A DNA stretch of 64,000 nucleotides from Dehalococcoidia bacterium. GTDB lineage: Bacteria > Chloroflexota > Dehalococcoidia > Lucifugimonadales > UBA2962. This document shows positions 49,431-58,855 of this stretch, one piece after another. Made by a program: the position numbers and the translations under genes. The DNA is taken from positions 10,956 to 74,955 of the forward strand of contig OZ220697.1 in NCBI GenBank assembly GCA_965116605.1, given 5' to 3'. Position 1 is the stretch's first letter. Each line of letters begins with the position of its first letter. Below the pieces are notes generated by a model. That model saw only the letters and a list, made by a program, of their open reading frames with translations. It had not been told where the DNA came from and ran no database searches.

Positions 49431-50516
49431 ATGGCAAATCAGGTTAGCGGAGTGATAGCCATGTCGGCCGGCGCCCCGGTCACGCTCGAGGACATCGTGG
49501 TGCCCGACCCGGGCCCCGGGGAGGCGCTGGTCAGGGTGCAGGCGTGCGGGGTATGCCACACCGATCTTCACTACCGGCAGGGAGCCATAACCGATGAGTT
49601 CCCGTTCCTGCTTGGGCATGAGGCCGCCGGGGTCGTGCAGGAGGTCGGAGACGACGTGACCGGCGTTGCGCCGGGGGATTTCGTGATCATCGCCTGGCGC
49701 GCTCCCTGCGGGGATTGCCGGTCCTGCCTGAGAGGCAGGCCCTGGTACTGCTTCGCTTCGATGAACGCCGCCCAGAAGATGACTCTCGCCGACGGGCGTC
49801 CATTGTCACCGGCCCTCGGGATCGGCGCCTTCACCGAGCTTACCCTGGTCCACGCCGGTCAGGCGGTGAAGGTTGATCCGGCGGCGTCGGCTGCGGCAGC
49901 CGGGCTAATAGGGTGCGGTGTGATGGCCGGTCTGGGAGCCGCGGTCAACACAGGAGGCGTGACGCGGGGTGACTCGGTCGCGGTCTTTGGCTGCGGGGGC
50001 GTCGGCGACGCGGCGATAGCGGGGGCGCGCCTTGCCGGCGCGCACACCATAGTCGCCGTGGACATAGACGACAGGAAACTCGAGTGGGCAAAGGGATTTG
50101 GAGCCACGCATACGATCAATTCCACAGAGACCGACCCGGTGGAGGCCATACGCGACCTGACCGGCGGCAACGGAGTGGACGTGGCGATCGAGGCGGTCGG
50201 CAACCCGGTGACATACGAGCAGGCGTTCCTTTCGCGGGACCACGCGGGAACCGTGGTGCTCGTCGGCGTCCCGAGCCCGGACATGAGGATCGACCTGCCG
50301 CTGCTGGAGGTGTTCGGAAGGGGAGGGTCCCTTAAGTCATCCTGGTATGGGGACTGCCTGCCGACGAGAGATTTCCCCCTGTTTGTAGACCTGTATATGC
50401 AGGGGCGTCTCGACCTGGACGGATTCGTCTCCGAGACGATCGCGCTGGGAGATGTCGAGGAGGCGTTTGCCAAGATGGAGCGCGGAGAGGTACTGCGGTC
50501 CGTCGTTCTCATGTGA
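49431..50516 (+). CDS. mscR: S-(hydroxymethyl)mycothiol dehydrogenase-like Zn dehydrogenase
   Basis: [59 protein letters not shown]. Confidence 0.88.
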   Translation: MANQVSGVIAMSAGAPVTLEDIVVPDPGPGEALVRVQACGVCHTDLHYRQGAITDEFPFLLGHEAAGVVQEVGDDVTGVAPGDFVIIAWRAPCGDCRSCLRGRPWYCFASMNAAQKMTLADGRPLSPALGIGAFTELTLVHAGQAVKVDPAASAAAAGLIGCGVMAGLGAAVNTGGVTRGDSVAVFGCGGVGDAAIAGARLAGAHTIVAVDIDDRKLEWAKGFGATHTINSTETDPVEAIRDLTGGNGVDVAIEAVGNPVTYEQAFLSRDHAGTVVLVGVPSPDMRIDLPLLEVFGRGGSLKSSWYGDCLPTRDFPLFVDLYMQGRLDLDGFVSETIALGDVEEAFAKMERGEVLRSVVLM

Positions 50517-51081
50517 CCTCTCGCAGATCCAGGGATCACAGAAGCCCGCTGTGAGCACAGAGGACCACTCGTCCAGCTGCGGGCGCAGCCCGCCCTGTGC
50601 GCACCGCGCGCAAGGAGGGCGGCTCGCCCTAGGGATCTGATCCACCGGCGGCCGGGTCACGCTGAGGGGTCCCTCCCGAGGCAGCAACGGGATAGCTCAG
50701 GCTCCCGAAGTCGCAACCGACGTCCGGGGCCTTTGCTAAGTGTGTCCGGCGTGGAGGGATCCTGTGCGCTCGGCCGCCCACCGCTCCAATCGTCTTTAGG
50801 GAGACGATCAGGCTGCGCCGAGCGCACCCCCGCAGGTCATCAACATGATCGTGGTGTTCATGTCCATAGCTACGGTGACCGCGACCGTCTTCCTCTGCCG
50901 CCGACATGCTGAAGGCGGGGTGGGACGGTTCCCTGCGCCAGCACCCTATCTGGCGGCGCAGGGAACATGCGGGGTCTATTGCTTTCGGCCTGAGGAAGCC
51001 CAGGACGAATCCTGGCGCCTACGGGAGGTTCGTGAGACCGCAGATGTCTTACGAACCGCTTAGCCCCGGTGGCCTCCAGGT

Positions 51082-51179
51082 CCAGATCTACAGGAAACTG
51101 CCAGCGCCCGGTCGAACCTGCGGCCTGGTGTTTCGGCCGCAAGGTCTAACGGGCGCTTCGACTGGCAGGTTAGATCTGG
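51082..51179. other. Long nested imperfect hairpin (about 98 nt)
   Basis: CCAGATCTA/TAGATCTGG, CTGCCAG/CTGGCAG, CGCCCG/CGGGCG, ACCT/AGGT and TGCGGCC/GGCCGCA nest in order. Confidence 0.7.
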
Positions 51180-51230
51180 CGAAGAAAAGTCGGCTCCTCC
51201 AGGTACACCGCCCGGAGGGGCCGCCGATAT

Positions 51231-51443
51231 CTAATGTCCGTGGTGTTCGTGGGTGTCGCACTCGTGCTGGTCGTGCACGTGCCCGGCCTCATCGCCGTGG
51301 TGTTCGTGGTCGTCGCACTCATGCTCGGCGTGCTCGGCGTGATGCTCATGGGTGTCGCACTCGTGCTGGTCGTGCACGTGCCCGGCCTCATCGCCGTGAT
51401 GCTCATGGGTGTCGCACTCGTGCTGGTCGTGTTCGTGGGCCAT
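51231..51443 (-). CDS. 70-aa His/Glu/Asp/Cys repeat protein, putative metal storage or chaperone
   Basis: SD GGAGGAG then MAHEHDQHECDTHEHH...; 24 His, 4 Cys, four HECD(T/D)HEHH units; in-frame repeats with synonymous variation. Confidence 0.8.
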   Translation of the reverse strand: MAHEHDQHECDTHEHHGDEAGHVHDQHECDTHEHHAEHAEHECDDHEHHGDEAGHVHDQHECDTHEHHGH

Positions 51444-51653
51444 ATGCTCCTCCATCAAAGCTCTTTTTGCTGCACGTTCCTACGGCTAGTGTCCTCGTCA
51501 CTCTCCATACTTGCACACGATCAGTTTGCCAGACAAGCCCCACGTCAATTTCCTGTTGTTTGACTCAGCAAGCTGGCCAAAAGCGGGAGGTGGAACCGGT
51601 CGCCTTTAGCCCCGGAGACGGGGACTGTACCTTCGCTTGAAAAGGCATAGTAT

Positions 51654-51778
51654 TGCGACTTATGAGAGCCAGTATCAGGATGTTCAGGCCGAGATAATGA
51701 TTCCTCTTGTTGCCCGTGTTCGTTGCCGTGATTATGCTCCTCAGTGACGCGCTTGTAGGATCACGATATCGAGTCGCA
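51654..51778. promoter_or_regulatory. Zur/Fur-like 7-1-7 boxes between the His-rich gene and sthA
   Basis: TGAGAGC-C-AGTATCA (51663-51677) and CGATATC-G-AGTCGCA (51764-51778) resemble the boxes upstream of znuA. Confidence 0.55.
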
Positions 51779-51999
51779 ATAAGCGTTTAGTTGGAGCAGA
51801 CAATTGGACAGCGGGGCTTACCGATCAGCGTAGGCGCGCGGAGGATTGCTGCTAGATCTTGAGTAGGGCTCGGCCGTAGCGGCCTCGACGGAGACCTGAA
51901 TCCGTCGCATGGGCTGCTGATGCGGCTTGACGCGACTCGCCCGCCCAGTACATGATCAGCCCGCGTGTCATAGACATCTTCAGGGCGGGAGCATCTGCG

Positions 52000-53403
52000 G
52001 TGACCAGCTACGACTATGACATGGTTGTGATCGGATCCGGTCCGGCCGGACAGATGGCTGCCATTCAGGCATCAAGATTCGGCGGGCGCGTGGCCGTGAT
52101 CGAGAAACTCGGGGAAGTTGGCGGCGTGAGCGTCAACACCGGAACCGCTAGCAAGACCCTGCGTGAGGCCGTTCTGCACTTTACCGGCCACCGTGAGCGC
52201 AGCGTCTACGGCAGGTCGTACTCGGTAAAGCGGAACGTCACTATGGCCGACCTCATGGAGAGGGCCCGGCACGTGATGCGGCAGGAGGTGGATATCCTGC
52301 GTGGGCGCCTCGCCGCAAGCAGAGTGGAGATGATAAACGCCGAGGCCTCGTTCGTGGACCGCCACACCATTCGGCTCCGCGCCGACGGTGGAAGAATGAG
52401 CCGTACCATCAATGCCGATAAGGCGGTCATAGCGGTCGGGGCGTTTTCCACCAGGCCACCCGTAGTGCATGCGGACGGGAGGCTCATATTTGTAAGCGAC
52501 GACGTCCTGAACCTGCCCGAGCTACCTCGTAGGCTGACCATCGTGGGGGCCGGATCGATCGGCCTGGAGTACTGTGGCACCTTTGCAACCCTGGGGGTGC
52601 GAGTCACGCTGGTGGATAAGGAGGCGCGGCTGTTGCCGTTCGCCGACAGAGAGATCAGCGACACTCTCGCCTACCACCTTCGCCAGACGGGAGTGACACT
52701 TCGCCTGGGCGAAGAGGTTTTTGATATCGAGTATTTGAGGGATGAACTCGGCGATAAGGTGAGGGTGCTTCTCGATAGCGGAAAGCAGATAGTGAGTGAT
52801 GCCGTAATGTACTGCGTCGGCAGGACGGGAGCCACCGGGTCGCTGGGGCTCGAGGCCGTGGGCATAACTCCCGATGAACGGGGCCGCCTGAGCGTCGACG
52901 ATCACTACCAGACCAACGTAGAGGGCGTATATGCGGTCGGCGGGGTCATCGGGTTTCCGGACCTTGCCTCGACCTCCAAGCTCCAGGGTCGTCTGGCCGC
53001 CTGCCACGCGTTTGGAGTCTCTACGAACGGGTTCCCCGATCTCTACCCGTACACGGTCAAGACCGTGCCCGAGGTGGCGATGGTCGGGAAGACGGAGGAC
53101 CAGCTCACCGGCGAGGGTGTTCCCTACGAGGTGGGCAAGGCGATGTACAGGGAAACCATCAGCAGCGTCATCCAGGGCGACGACGTCGGCCTCCTTAAGC
53201 TGCTGTTCGATCCCGATACCCGCAGGCTGCTGGGAGTCCACACGATCGGGGACGGCGCGGCCGAACTGATACACGTCGGACAGGCCGTAATCGCCCACGG
53301 CGGTACGATCGACTATTTCCTGGAGTCCGTGATCGGCTGCCCTACGCTGGTCGAGTGCTATGCGGACGCCGCCATGAACGGGATGAGCCGGCTCACGTCG
53401 TAG
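52000..53403 (+). CDS. sthA: Soluble pyridine nucleotide transhydrogenase-like flavoprotein (divergent)
   Basis: IGSGPAG, GT.SKTLREA, GAGSIGLEY, VIGFP.LASTS..QGR, AAELIHVGQAV. Confidence 0.85.
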   Translation: MTSYDYDMVVIGSGPAGQMAAIQASRFGGRVAVIEKLGEVGGVSVNTGTASKTLREAVLHFTGHRERSVYGRSYSVKRNVTMADLMERARHVMRQEVDILRGRLAASRVEMINAEASFVDRHTIRLRADGGRMSRTINADKAVIAVGAFSTRPPVVHADGRLIFVSDDVLNLPELPRRLTIVGAGSIGLEYCGTFATLGVRVTLVDKEARLLPFADREISDTLAYHLRQTGVTLRLGEEVFDIEYLRDELGDKVRVLLDSGKQIVSDAVMYCVGRTGATGSLGLEAVGITPDERGRLSVDDHYQTNVEGVYAVGGVIGFPDLASTSKLQGRLAACHAFGVSTNGFPDLYPYTVKTVPEVAMVGKTEDQLTGEGVPYEVGKAMYRETISSVIQGDDVGLLKLLFDPDTRRLLGVHTIGDGAAELIHVGQAVIAHGGTIDYFLESVIGCPTLVECYADAAMNGMSRLTS

Positions 53404-53674
53404 GCCAGACCGCATCGGATGCGGGAACTAATGGGCCTTGGTAGGAAGGGACGGTGGAAACCGCCGGCGCGCCGGCAATCTGGCATTCGGATGAGACCCG
53501 GCCATCTCTACCGGGGCCCGTCTGGAGAGACCTCGCATCATACCGGTGCCGGGGGCCGCTCCGGCCAGTACGTTTGCTCACTCGGTGAGTCGGAGATCGG
53601 ACCCGCACGTTTGCGCCGGCATAGATCGCTTGGTCAGTGGCCGCGATTCCCGTGGCAAAGGCGCGGCGTCGGGT

Positions 53675-53704
53675 TTGACGCGCAAAACAGATCACCGATA
53701 GGAT
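53675..53704 (+). promoter_or_regulatory. Sigma70-type promoter for the Fur-family gene
   Basis: TTGACG-N18-TAGGAT. Confidence 0.55.
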
Positions 53705-53748
53705 GTGGGCTCCCTGCATTCAGCGCTGAGGGTGTCCTTAACCAGGTC

Positions 53749-54186
53749 ATGACAACGCCGCCCACCGCCTCCCGCCCAGATATGATGGCCGTCCTTGAGG
53801 ATCGCGGTTATAGGTCCACCGCCCCCAGGAGAGCGATCATCCGCATTCTGGAGGGCAAGGAGGAGGGCTTTACCGCGGAGGAGATCGGCAGTGAACTGCC
53901 CGGGGTGGGCAGGGCGACGATCTTCCGGACCATAAAGCTGCTCATGGAGGTCGGCGTCATATGCAGGCTGAACCTCCTTGACGGCGCTCCAAAGTACAGC
54001 CTGTCGCGCATTGAGCACCATCACCACACGGTATGCGTCAGGTGCGGCATCGTAGGGGAGTTTCGGGCCACTACGGTTGAGCGCTTGATGCGGAGCCTGG
54101 GCAGCGAAATCCCCGGCGAAATAATGGGTCACCGGATCGAGCTCTACGTCACCTGTGACCGCTGCGTCGAGGGCGAGGGCAACTAG
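53749..54186 (+). CDS. zur: Fur-family regulator, probably Zur
   Basis: GYRSTAPRRAI, GRATIFRT, HHHHTVCVRCG, CDRC; directly upstream of znuACB. Confidence 0.85.
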   Translation: MTTPPTASRPDMMAVLEDRGYRSTAPRRAIIRILEGKEEGFTAEEIGSELPGVGRATIFRTIKLLMEVGVICRLNLLDGAPKYSLSRIEHHHHTVCVRCGIVGEFRATTVERLMRSLGSEIPGEIMGHRIELYVTCDRCVEGEGN

Positions 54187-54228
54187 AGACAGATCAAGGC
54201 CATTTTAGGCGTTTGCGTTGCCCCGCAT

Positions 54229-54302
54229 TGAGACCTATTATCATCGATTACACACCGACATTTTGTAGATTTCGTGTTGTCCTATATTGAGACAAATTAT
54301 CA
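54229..54302 (+). promoter_or_regulatory. Two Zur-like boxes upstream of znuA
   Basis: TGAGACC-T-ATTATCA (54229-54243) and TGAGACA-A-ATTATCA (54288-54302) in an AT-rich spacer. Confidence 0.72.
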
Positions 54303-54395
54303 AAGGACTGGATGCGCAAGTGACCCCTTCTGGGGCAAGCATATGGATCGCCAATCGGGGGTTTCTGGCTAATGATGACGTCTAAACACAGGTAC

Positions 54396-55808
54396 ATGAT
54401 TTCGCGTGCGGCCAAGAGCTCCTTTTTCGCGCTTGCTGTCGTCTTGGCGGCGGCCTTTGGGGCGTGCTCGGATGACCGCGGCACGACTGTGCAGACTCCG
54501 CAGCCGCAGGTTGAACCTACTGCTGCCACGGAGGAAGTAACTGAACCTGAGGGCCGCGACCTGCTCGTCGTAACGACCACCAACATCGTGGCCGACTGGG
54601 TTGAGAACATAGCCAGCGACAATGTCGAGGTCTTCAGCCTGGTGCCGGTAGGTGCCGACCCCCACGCATATCAGCCTGGTGCCAGGGACGTTGCGAGGGT
54701 CGCCGACGCCGACCTGGTGCTCAGCATCGGGCTCGGCCTAGAAGAGTCATGGCTTCGGGATCTCTTGCAGAACGCCGCGCGCGACCCGTCGGCCATAGTC
54801 GAGCTGGGCGAAATGATAGACCCGATCGAGTTTGGCGAAACTCACATCGAGGAGGTCGAACTACTGGAGGAGATCGCCCACGTCGTCGAGGAGGTGGAGG
54901 GTGGTGAAATCGGACCCGAGGAAGCACTGGACGAGGTTCGGGAACTGCTCGAGGCCGTCGCAGAGGGCGAGGACCACGGGGATGAAGAGGCGGAGGATGA
55001 AGACCACATGGATGAAGAGGCGGGGGATGAAGACCACGGGGATGTAGATGAAGACGAGGGTGAGGACCACGCGGGTGAAGATGAGGATGAGGGCGAGGAC
55101 CACGGGGATGAAGAGGAAGAGGGAGAACACGGGGACGAAGAACACGGCGAAGAGTTGTTCGCGATGGTCAAGGCGGTGCTCGACGATTTCGATGAAGGCC
55201 ATATCGGGGCTGGCGAGGCCGTAGAGGCTTTTGAGGCCCTTTCGCACGAGGGCGAAGAAGAGCACGAGGGCCACGGCCACGGCATCCATGATCCGCACTT
55301 TTGGTTCGATCCGATTCGCGTAAGGCTCGCGGTCGATGACATAGCCGAACGCCTGTCCGTCCTCGACCCGGCCCGGCGCGATACCTACCTTGCCAATGCC
55401 TCGGCATATGGCGTCGAGCTCGACGAACTGCACACCTGGACCGAGCAGCAGTTGGCCGCGGTACCGCAGGCCAACAGGCTGCTGGTGACCTCGCACGACA
55501 GCCTCGGCTATTTCGCGAATCTCTATGATTTCGAGGTGGTCGGGGTGATCCTGTCGATCACGACGGAGGTTGAGCCGTCTCCAGAGGATCTTGCCGATCT
55601 GGTCGATGAGGTCAGGGAGTATCAGGTTCCGGCGGTGTTCGGCGAGACGACGGTGAGCGATCGCCTGGCCCAGGCGGTTGCCACGGAATCCGGCGCGGAA
55701 TTCGTGAGGCTGTACTCTGGGTCTCTTGGAGGCGACGGTAGCGGAGCGGCCACGTATATCGGGATGGTGCGTACCAACGTCGAGCGCATAGCCGAGGCCC
55801 TGAACTGA
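54396..55808 (+). CDS. znuA: Zn ABC transporter substrate-binding lipoprotein with a very long acidic/His insert
   Basis: Lipobox FGAC, DPHAYQP, GLGLE, DPHFW, TSHDSLGYFA, VFGE; upstream ATGs at 54372/54375 also possible. Confidence 0.92.
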   Translation: MISRAAKSSFFALAVVLAAAFGACSDDRGTTVQTPQPQVEPTAATEEVTEPEGRDLLVVTTTNIVADWVENIASDNVEVFSLVPVGADPHAYQPGARDVARVADADLVLSIGLGLEESWLRDLLQNAARDPSAIVELGEMIDPIEFGETHIEEVELLEEIAHVVEEVEGGEIGPEEALDEVRELLEAVAEGEDHGDEEAEDEDHMDEEAGDEDHGDVDEDEGEDHAGEDEDEGEDHGDEEEEGEHGDEEHGEELFAMVKAVLDDFDEGHIGAGEAVEAFEALSHEGEEEHEGHGHGIHDPHFWFDPIRVRLAVDDIAERLSVLDPARRDTYLANASAYGVELDELHTWTEQQLAAVPQANRLLVTSHDSLGYFANLYDFEVVGVILSITTEVEPSPEDLADLVDEVREYQVPAVFGETTVSDRLAQAVATESGAEFVRLYSGSLGGDGSGAATYIGMVRTNVERIAEALN

Positions 55809-55911
55809 GGACGCGCCAGCTGACCGGATCGTGCGGGACGGACCGTATGGCTATCGCCGATCGAGGGGCGAGAGTGCGCCGGTGAGTAGCTGACTTAATC
55901 GGACGCCGAAG

Positions 55912-56658
55912 ATGGACTCCACGCTGGGCATATTTGTCAAGGACGTTACCGTCGAGCGCCGCGGCTTTAAGGCCCTGACTGACATAACCTTCGAGGTGGG
56001 GCAGGGAACCCTGATGGGCGTCTTGGGCCCCAATGGTGCCGGCAAAAGCACCCTCTTCGACGCGATTGCGGGCATCCTGCCCATAGCGAGCGGAACCGTG
56101 GACCTGCGCGGCGCGGATGCCCGCAACGGGTCGCTGGCCTACGTACCACAGCGAGACAGCATCAACTGGCGCTTTCCGGCCACTATTATGGACGTCGTGA
56201 TGATGGGGCGATCCGGCAATGTCGGTTGGTTTCGTCAGCCGAGCAGGAGTGACCGGGAGAAGGTGCGGGAATGTCTGGATCGAGTTGGACTGTGGGAACG
56301 GCGCTCGTCCCTGATGACGGAGCTGTCCGGCGGGCAGCGCCAGCGCGTGTTCATCGCGCGAGCTCTGGCCCAGGAGGCGAGCATCGTCCTGCTGGATGAG
56401 GCCTTCAGCGGAGTGGATGTCGGAGCCCAGGAAGGCATCATCGAGGTTCTCCAGTCACTTCGCGACGATGGCATGATAGTTCTGCTGGCCACGCATGACC
56501 TTACGAATTTGGCCGAGCGCTTCGACCAGGTGCTGTGCATCAATCGTCACGTCTGCGCGTGCGGTACACCCGAAGAGGCGTTCACGCCGAAGGTACTTGA
56601 GGAGCTCTACGGCTCGCACGGCCTGGACTTTGTGCTAAATGGGCCGACAACGCTGTAG
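55912..56658 (+). CDS. znuC: Metal ABC transporter ATP-binding protein
   Basis: GPNGAGKST, AYVPQR, LSGGQRQRVFIARAL, DEAFSGVD. Confidence 0.92.
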   Translation: MDSTLGIFVKDVTVERRGFKALTDITFEVGQGTLMGVLGPNGAGKSTLFDAIAGILPIASGTVDLRGADARNGSLAYVPQRDSINWRFPATIMDVVMMGRSGNVGWFRQPSRSDREKVRECLDRVGLWERRSSLMTELSGGQRQRVFIARALAQEASIVLLDEAFSGVDVGAQEGIIEVLQSLRDDGMIVLLATHDLTNLAERFDQVLCINRHVCACGTPEEAFTPKVLEELYGSHGLDFVLNGPTTL

Positions 56659-56668
56659 GTAACGCGTA

Positions 56669-57493
56669 GTGGGGTTTCTGACCGAGCCCTTCCAGTACGG
56701 ATTCATGGTGCGGGCGCTTATCGTCTCCGTGCTCGTCGGCATCATGTGCCCGGTACTCGGCGCATACGTAATCACGAGAGGGCGTGCCTTCATGGGAGAC
56801 GCGCTCGCCCACTCCGTGCTGCCCGGCATGGTTGTCGCCTTCATGCTGGGCATCAGCCCGTTCTTTGCGGCTGTGCCCGCCGGGATAGCGATTGCCCTCT
56901 TGATGGGTTCGGTCAGCCGCCGCACGGGCATCAGCGAGGACACCTCGATCGGCATTATCTTCGCGGGCATGTTCGCACTGGGCCTTGTGATGCTGTCGGT
57001 GGCCACCTATGTCAATGTAAACATCGAGGACCTGCTCCTGGGGCAGGTCCTTGGAGTGTCGCGCAACGACGTATTCGTCTCGCTAGGGCTGACTGCACTG
57101 GTAGTTGTTGGGCTGTATGCGTTTCACCGTCAGCTCGTTTACACGACCTTCGACCCGGTGGGCGCTACGGTCGTAGGGATTCGGACGGGCGTCGTTGAGT
57201 ACGTGCTGCTCGCCCTGCTGGCGCTTGTCATCATCATCGGCATACAGGCCGCCGGCATCGTCCTGGTTATGGCGATGCTCATAACGCCGGCGGCGACCGG
57301 CTATCTCCTTGCTAAAAGGTTCGTCGGAGTCATGGTCATCGGCGCGCTGGTCGGTGCCATATCGGCGGTGGCCGGCCTGTACGTCTCTTTCCATGTAGAC
57401 CTGCCATCGGGTCCTGCGATGGCGCTGGTAGCCACACTGGTCTTCGGAGTGGTAGCCACTCTAAAGACCAGGTGGAACGTACGCAGGCTGTAA
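56669..57493 (+). CDS. znuB: Metal ABC transporter permease (ABC-3)
   Basis: MGDALAHSVLPG, EDTSIG, FDP, MLITPAA, PSGP. Confidence 0.92.
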   Translation: MGFLTEPFQYGFMVRALIVSVLVGIMCPVLGAYVITRGRAFMGDALAHSVLPGMVVAFMLGISPFFAAVPAGIAIALLMGSVSRRTGISEDTSIGIIFAGMFALGLVMLSVATYVNVNIEDLLLGQVLGVSRNDVFVSLGLTALVVVGLYAFHRQLVYTTFDPVGATVVGIRTGVVEYVLLALLALVIIIGIQAAGIVLVMAMLITPAATGYLLAKRFVGVMVIGALVGAISAVAGLYVSFHVDLPSGPAMALVATLVFGVVATLKTRWNVRRL

Positions 57494-57734
57494 GGACGCC
57501 TCAGGCGGCCCTCCCCTAGCCGCGCCCCTGCGGCAGAGCGTCAAAAGTGGCTCGAAAGCGAGCCGGCCGACCTGTGAATCGACCTCAGCCGTTCCGAGCC
57601 GATGCAGAGGTCCGAAGTCCCGGTCTGCCTATCGATGATGGCGACCTAATGCGGCCGACGCCTCGCCCTCGAAGTGGTCCAGCCAGCCCCTGACATGGCC
57701 ATGTGATCGACCCAGCGTCAGGTCCGGCAGGTCG

Positions 57735-58214
57735 TCAGAACCCCCGCCAGCCAGGAAGGGCGGCCGACTGGCCGATCCACTCCGTCATCTGGACCTCGTC
57801 TAGCTCGCCTTCATGGATGTCGACCCAGCGTGCCTCCTCGTCCTTGCCTGAGCCGGGTGGCACTGGGCTCAAAGACGCACCATTGAGGAAGGTCACCTTC
57901 ACGTACCGGGTGAACACGTGGTAACTGACGAACCAGCCCTGGCCCTCGATGCCGTACCAGGGTGAGTTCCACCTTACGGCCTTGCGCACGTTGGGCACGG
58001 TGCGCACGATGAGTTCATCCAGGCGGCGCCCGACGTCGCTTTTCCAGCCCGGCATGGCAGCGATGTAGGCCTGCACGGGCTCGTTGCCGTCCCCCTTCGG
58101 AATCTGAGGGTTGCCGCCCGAAAGCAGGACCACCTTCGAGCCGCCTCCCCTGGACGCGGCACCATGTGCGACCTTGGCTGACCGTCTGGACGATCTGTCG
58201 GCCTTTGCGTTCAC
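57735..58214 (-). CDS. DUF1801 (YdhG-like) protein
   Basis: LLSGGNPQIPKGDG, AMPGWK, KAVRWNSPWYG, FLNGASL. Confidence 0.85.
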   Translation of the reverse strand: MNAKADRSSRRSAKVAHGAASRGGGSKVVLLSGGNPQIPKGDGNEPVQAYIAAMPGWKSDVGRRLDELIVRTVPNVRKAVRWNSPWYGIEGQGWFVSYHVFTRYVKVTFLNGASLSPVPPGSGKDEEARWVDIHEGELDEVQMTEWIGQSAALPGWRGF

Positions 58215-58855
58215 CTTAGCCCCCCTATTGCTTGCGGACCCTGGGGGTTTGAACTCCGAGTCTCCGGCTGTGGCGGGTCGATCAAACCACCCCGGACTGC
58301 CCCCCGTGTTCCGGATGGTAGGGGGAGAGAACCAGGTACTTATTTGGAGAGTGCGTCACGCGGACCTAGAACCCCGGCTCCTTGGAATTGAGAGGTTGGT
58401 AGTTTAGGCTACCGGCTCACACAGCAACCCCTTGATGGTGTTCCGTCCAGCTTGACTCCCTCGCGAGTGTCTATCGCCCGCCGCTTATTCCCGGCTGGTC
58501 CGGCGCCTGTGAGGACATGGGGTCGGGGAGCCGGGCTCGACGGGAGAAGGCGGGCCTTACCTTCTCCCTGGTAGTCGCAAGCGTACTTTCCCTCCTGCGA
58601 CCAGGCGGGTGTCCCGGCCACTCCCGGCCCCTGGCTAAATCCGCATCTCGTCGGGAAGTCTCAACGGGCCTGCTCTCCCAGGTCTGGGACAGTGTCGACG
58701 TCAATGGGGCTAAGATAGCGGGGACACTGAGAAACGGAAAGCAAGCTGCTACCAAGAGGCAGAGTCGTCAGACAGCACCCACCAATGAAGGTTGATTCGA
58801 TCGCATACTCGCGCTCCGTCCGCAGGAATTCGTGCATAACGCCTGGAGACAACCC

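Noticed and set aside
51234-51563. Hydrophobic repeat ORF and Arg-rich ORF (50906-51640) on the plus strand
   Set aside because: Mirror frames of the His-rich gene, which alone has a strong SD
53419-53748. Long N-terminal extension of the Fur-family ORF
   Set aside because: A promoter candidate lies inside it and Fur similarity begins near 53749
54842-55342. Ser-rich minus-strand ORF
   Set aside because: Antisense of the Glu/Asp-rich ZnuA insert
58290-58385. Riboswitch-like words (TTCTAGGTCCGC for ykkC; CTGCCCCC for cobalamin)
   Set aside because: The remaining conserved elements and stems are not present
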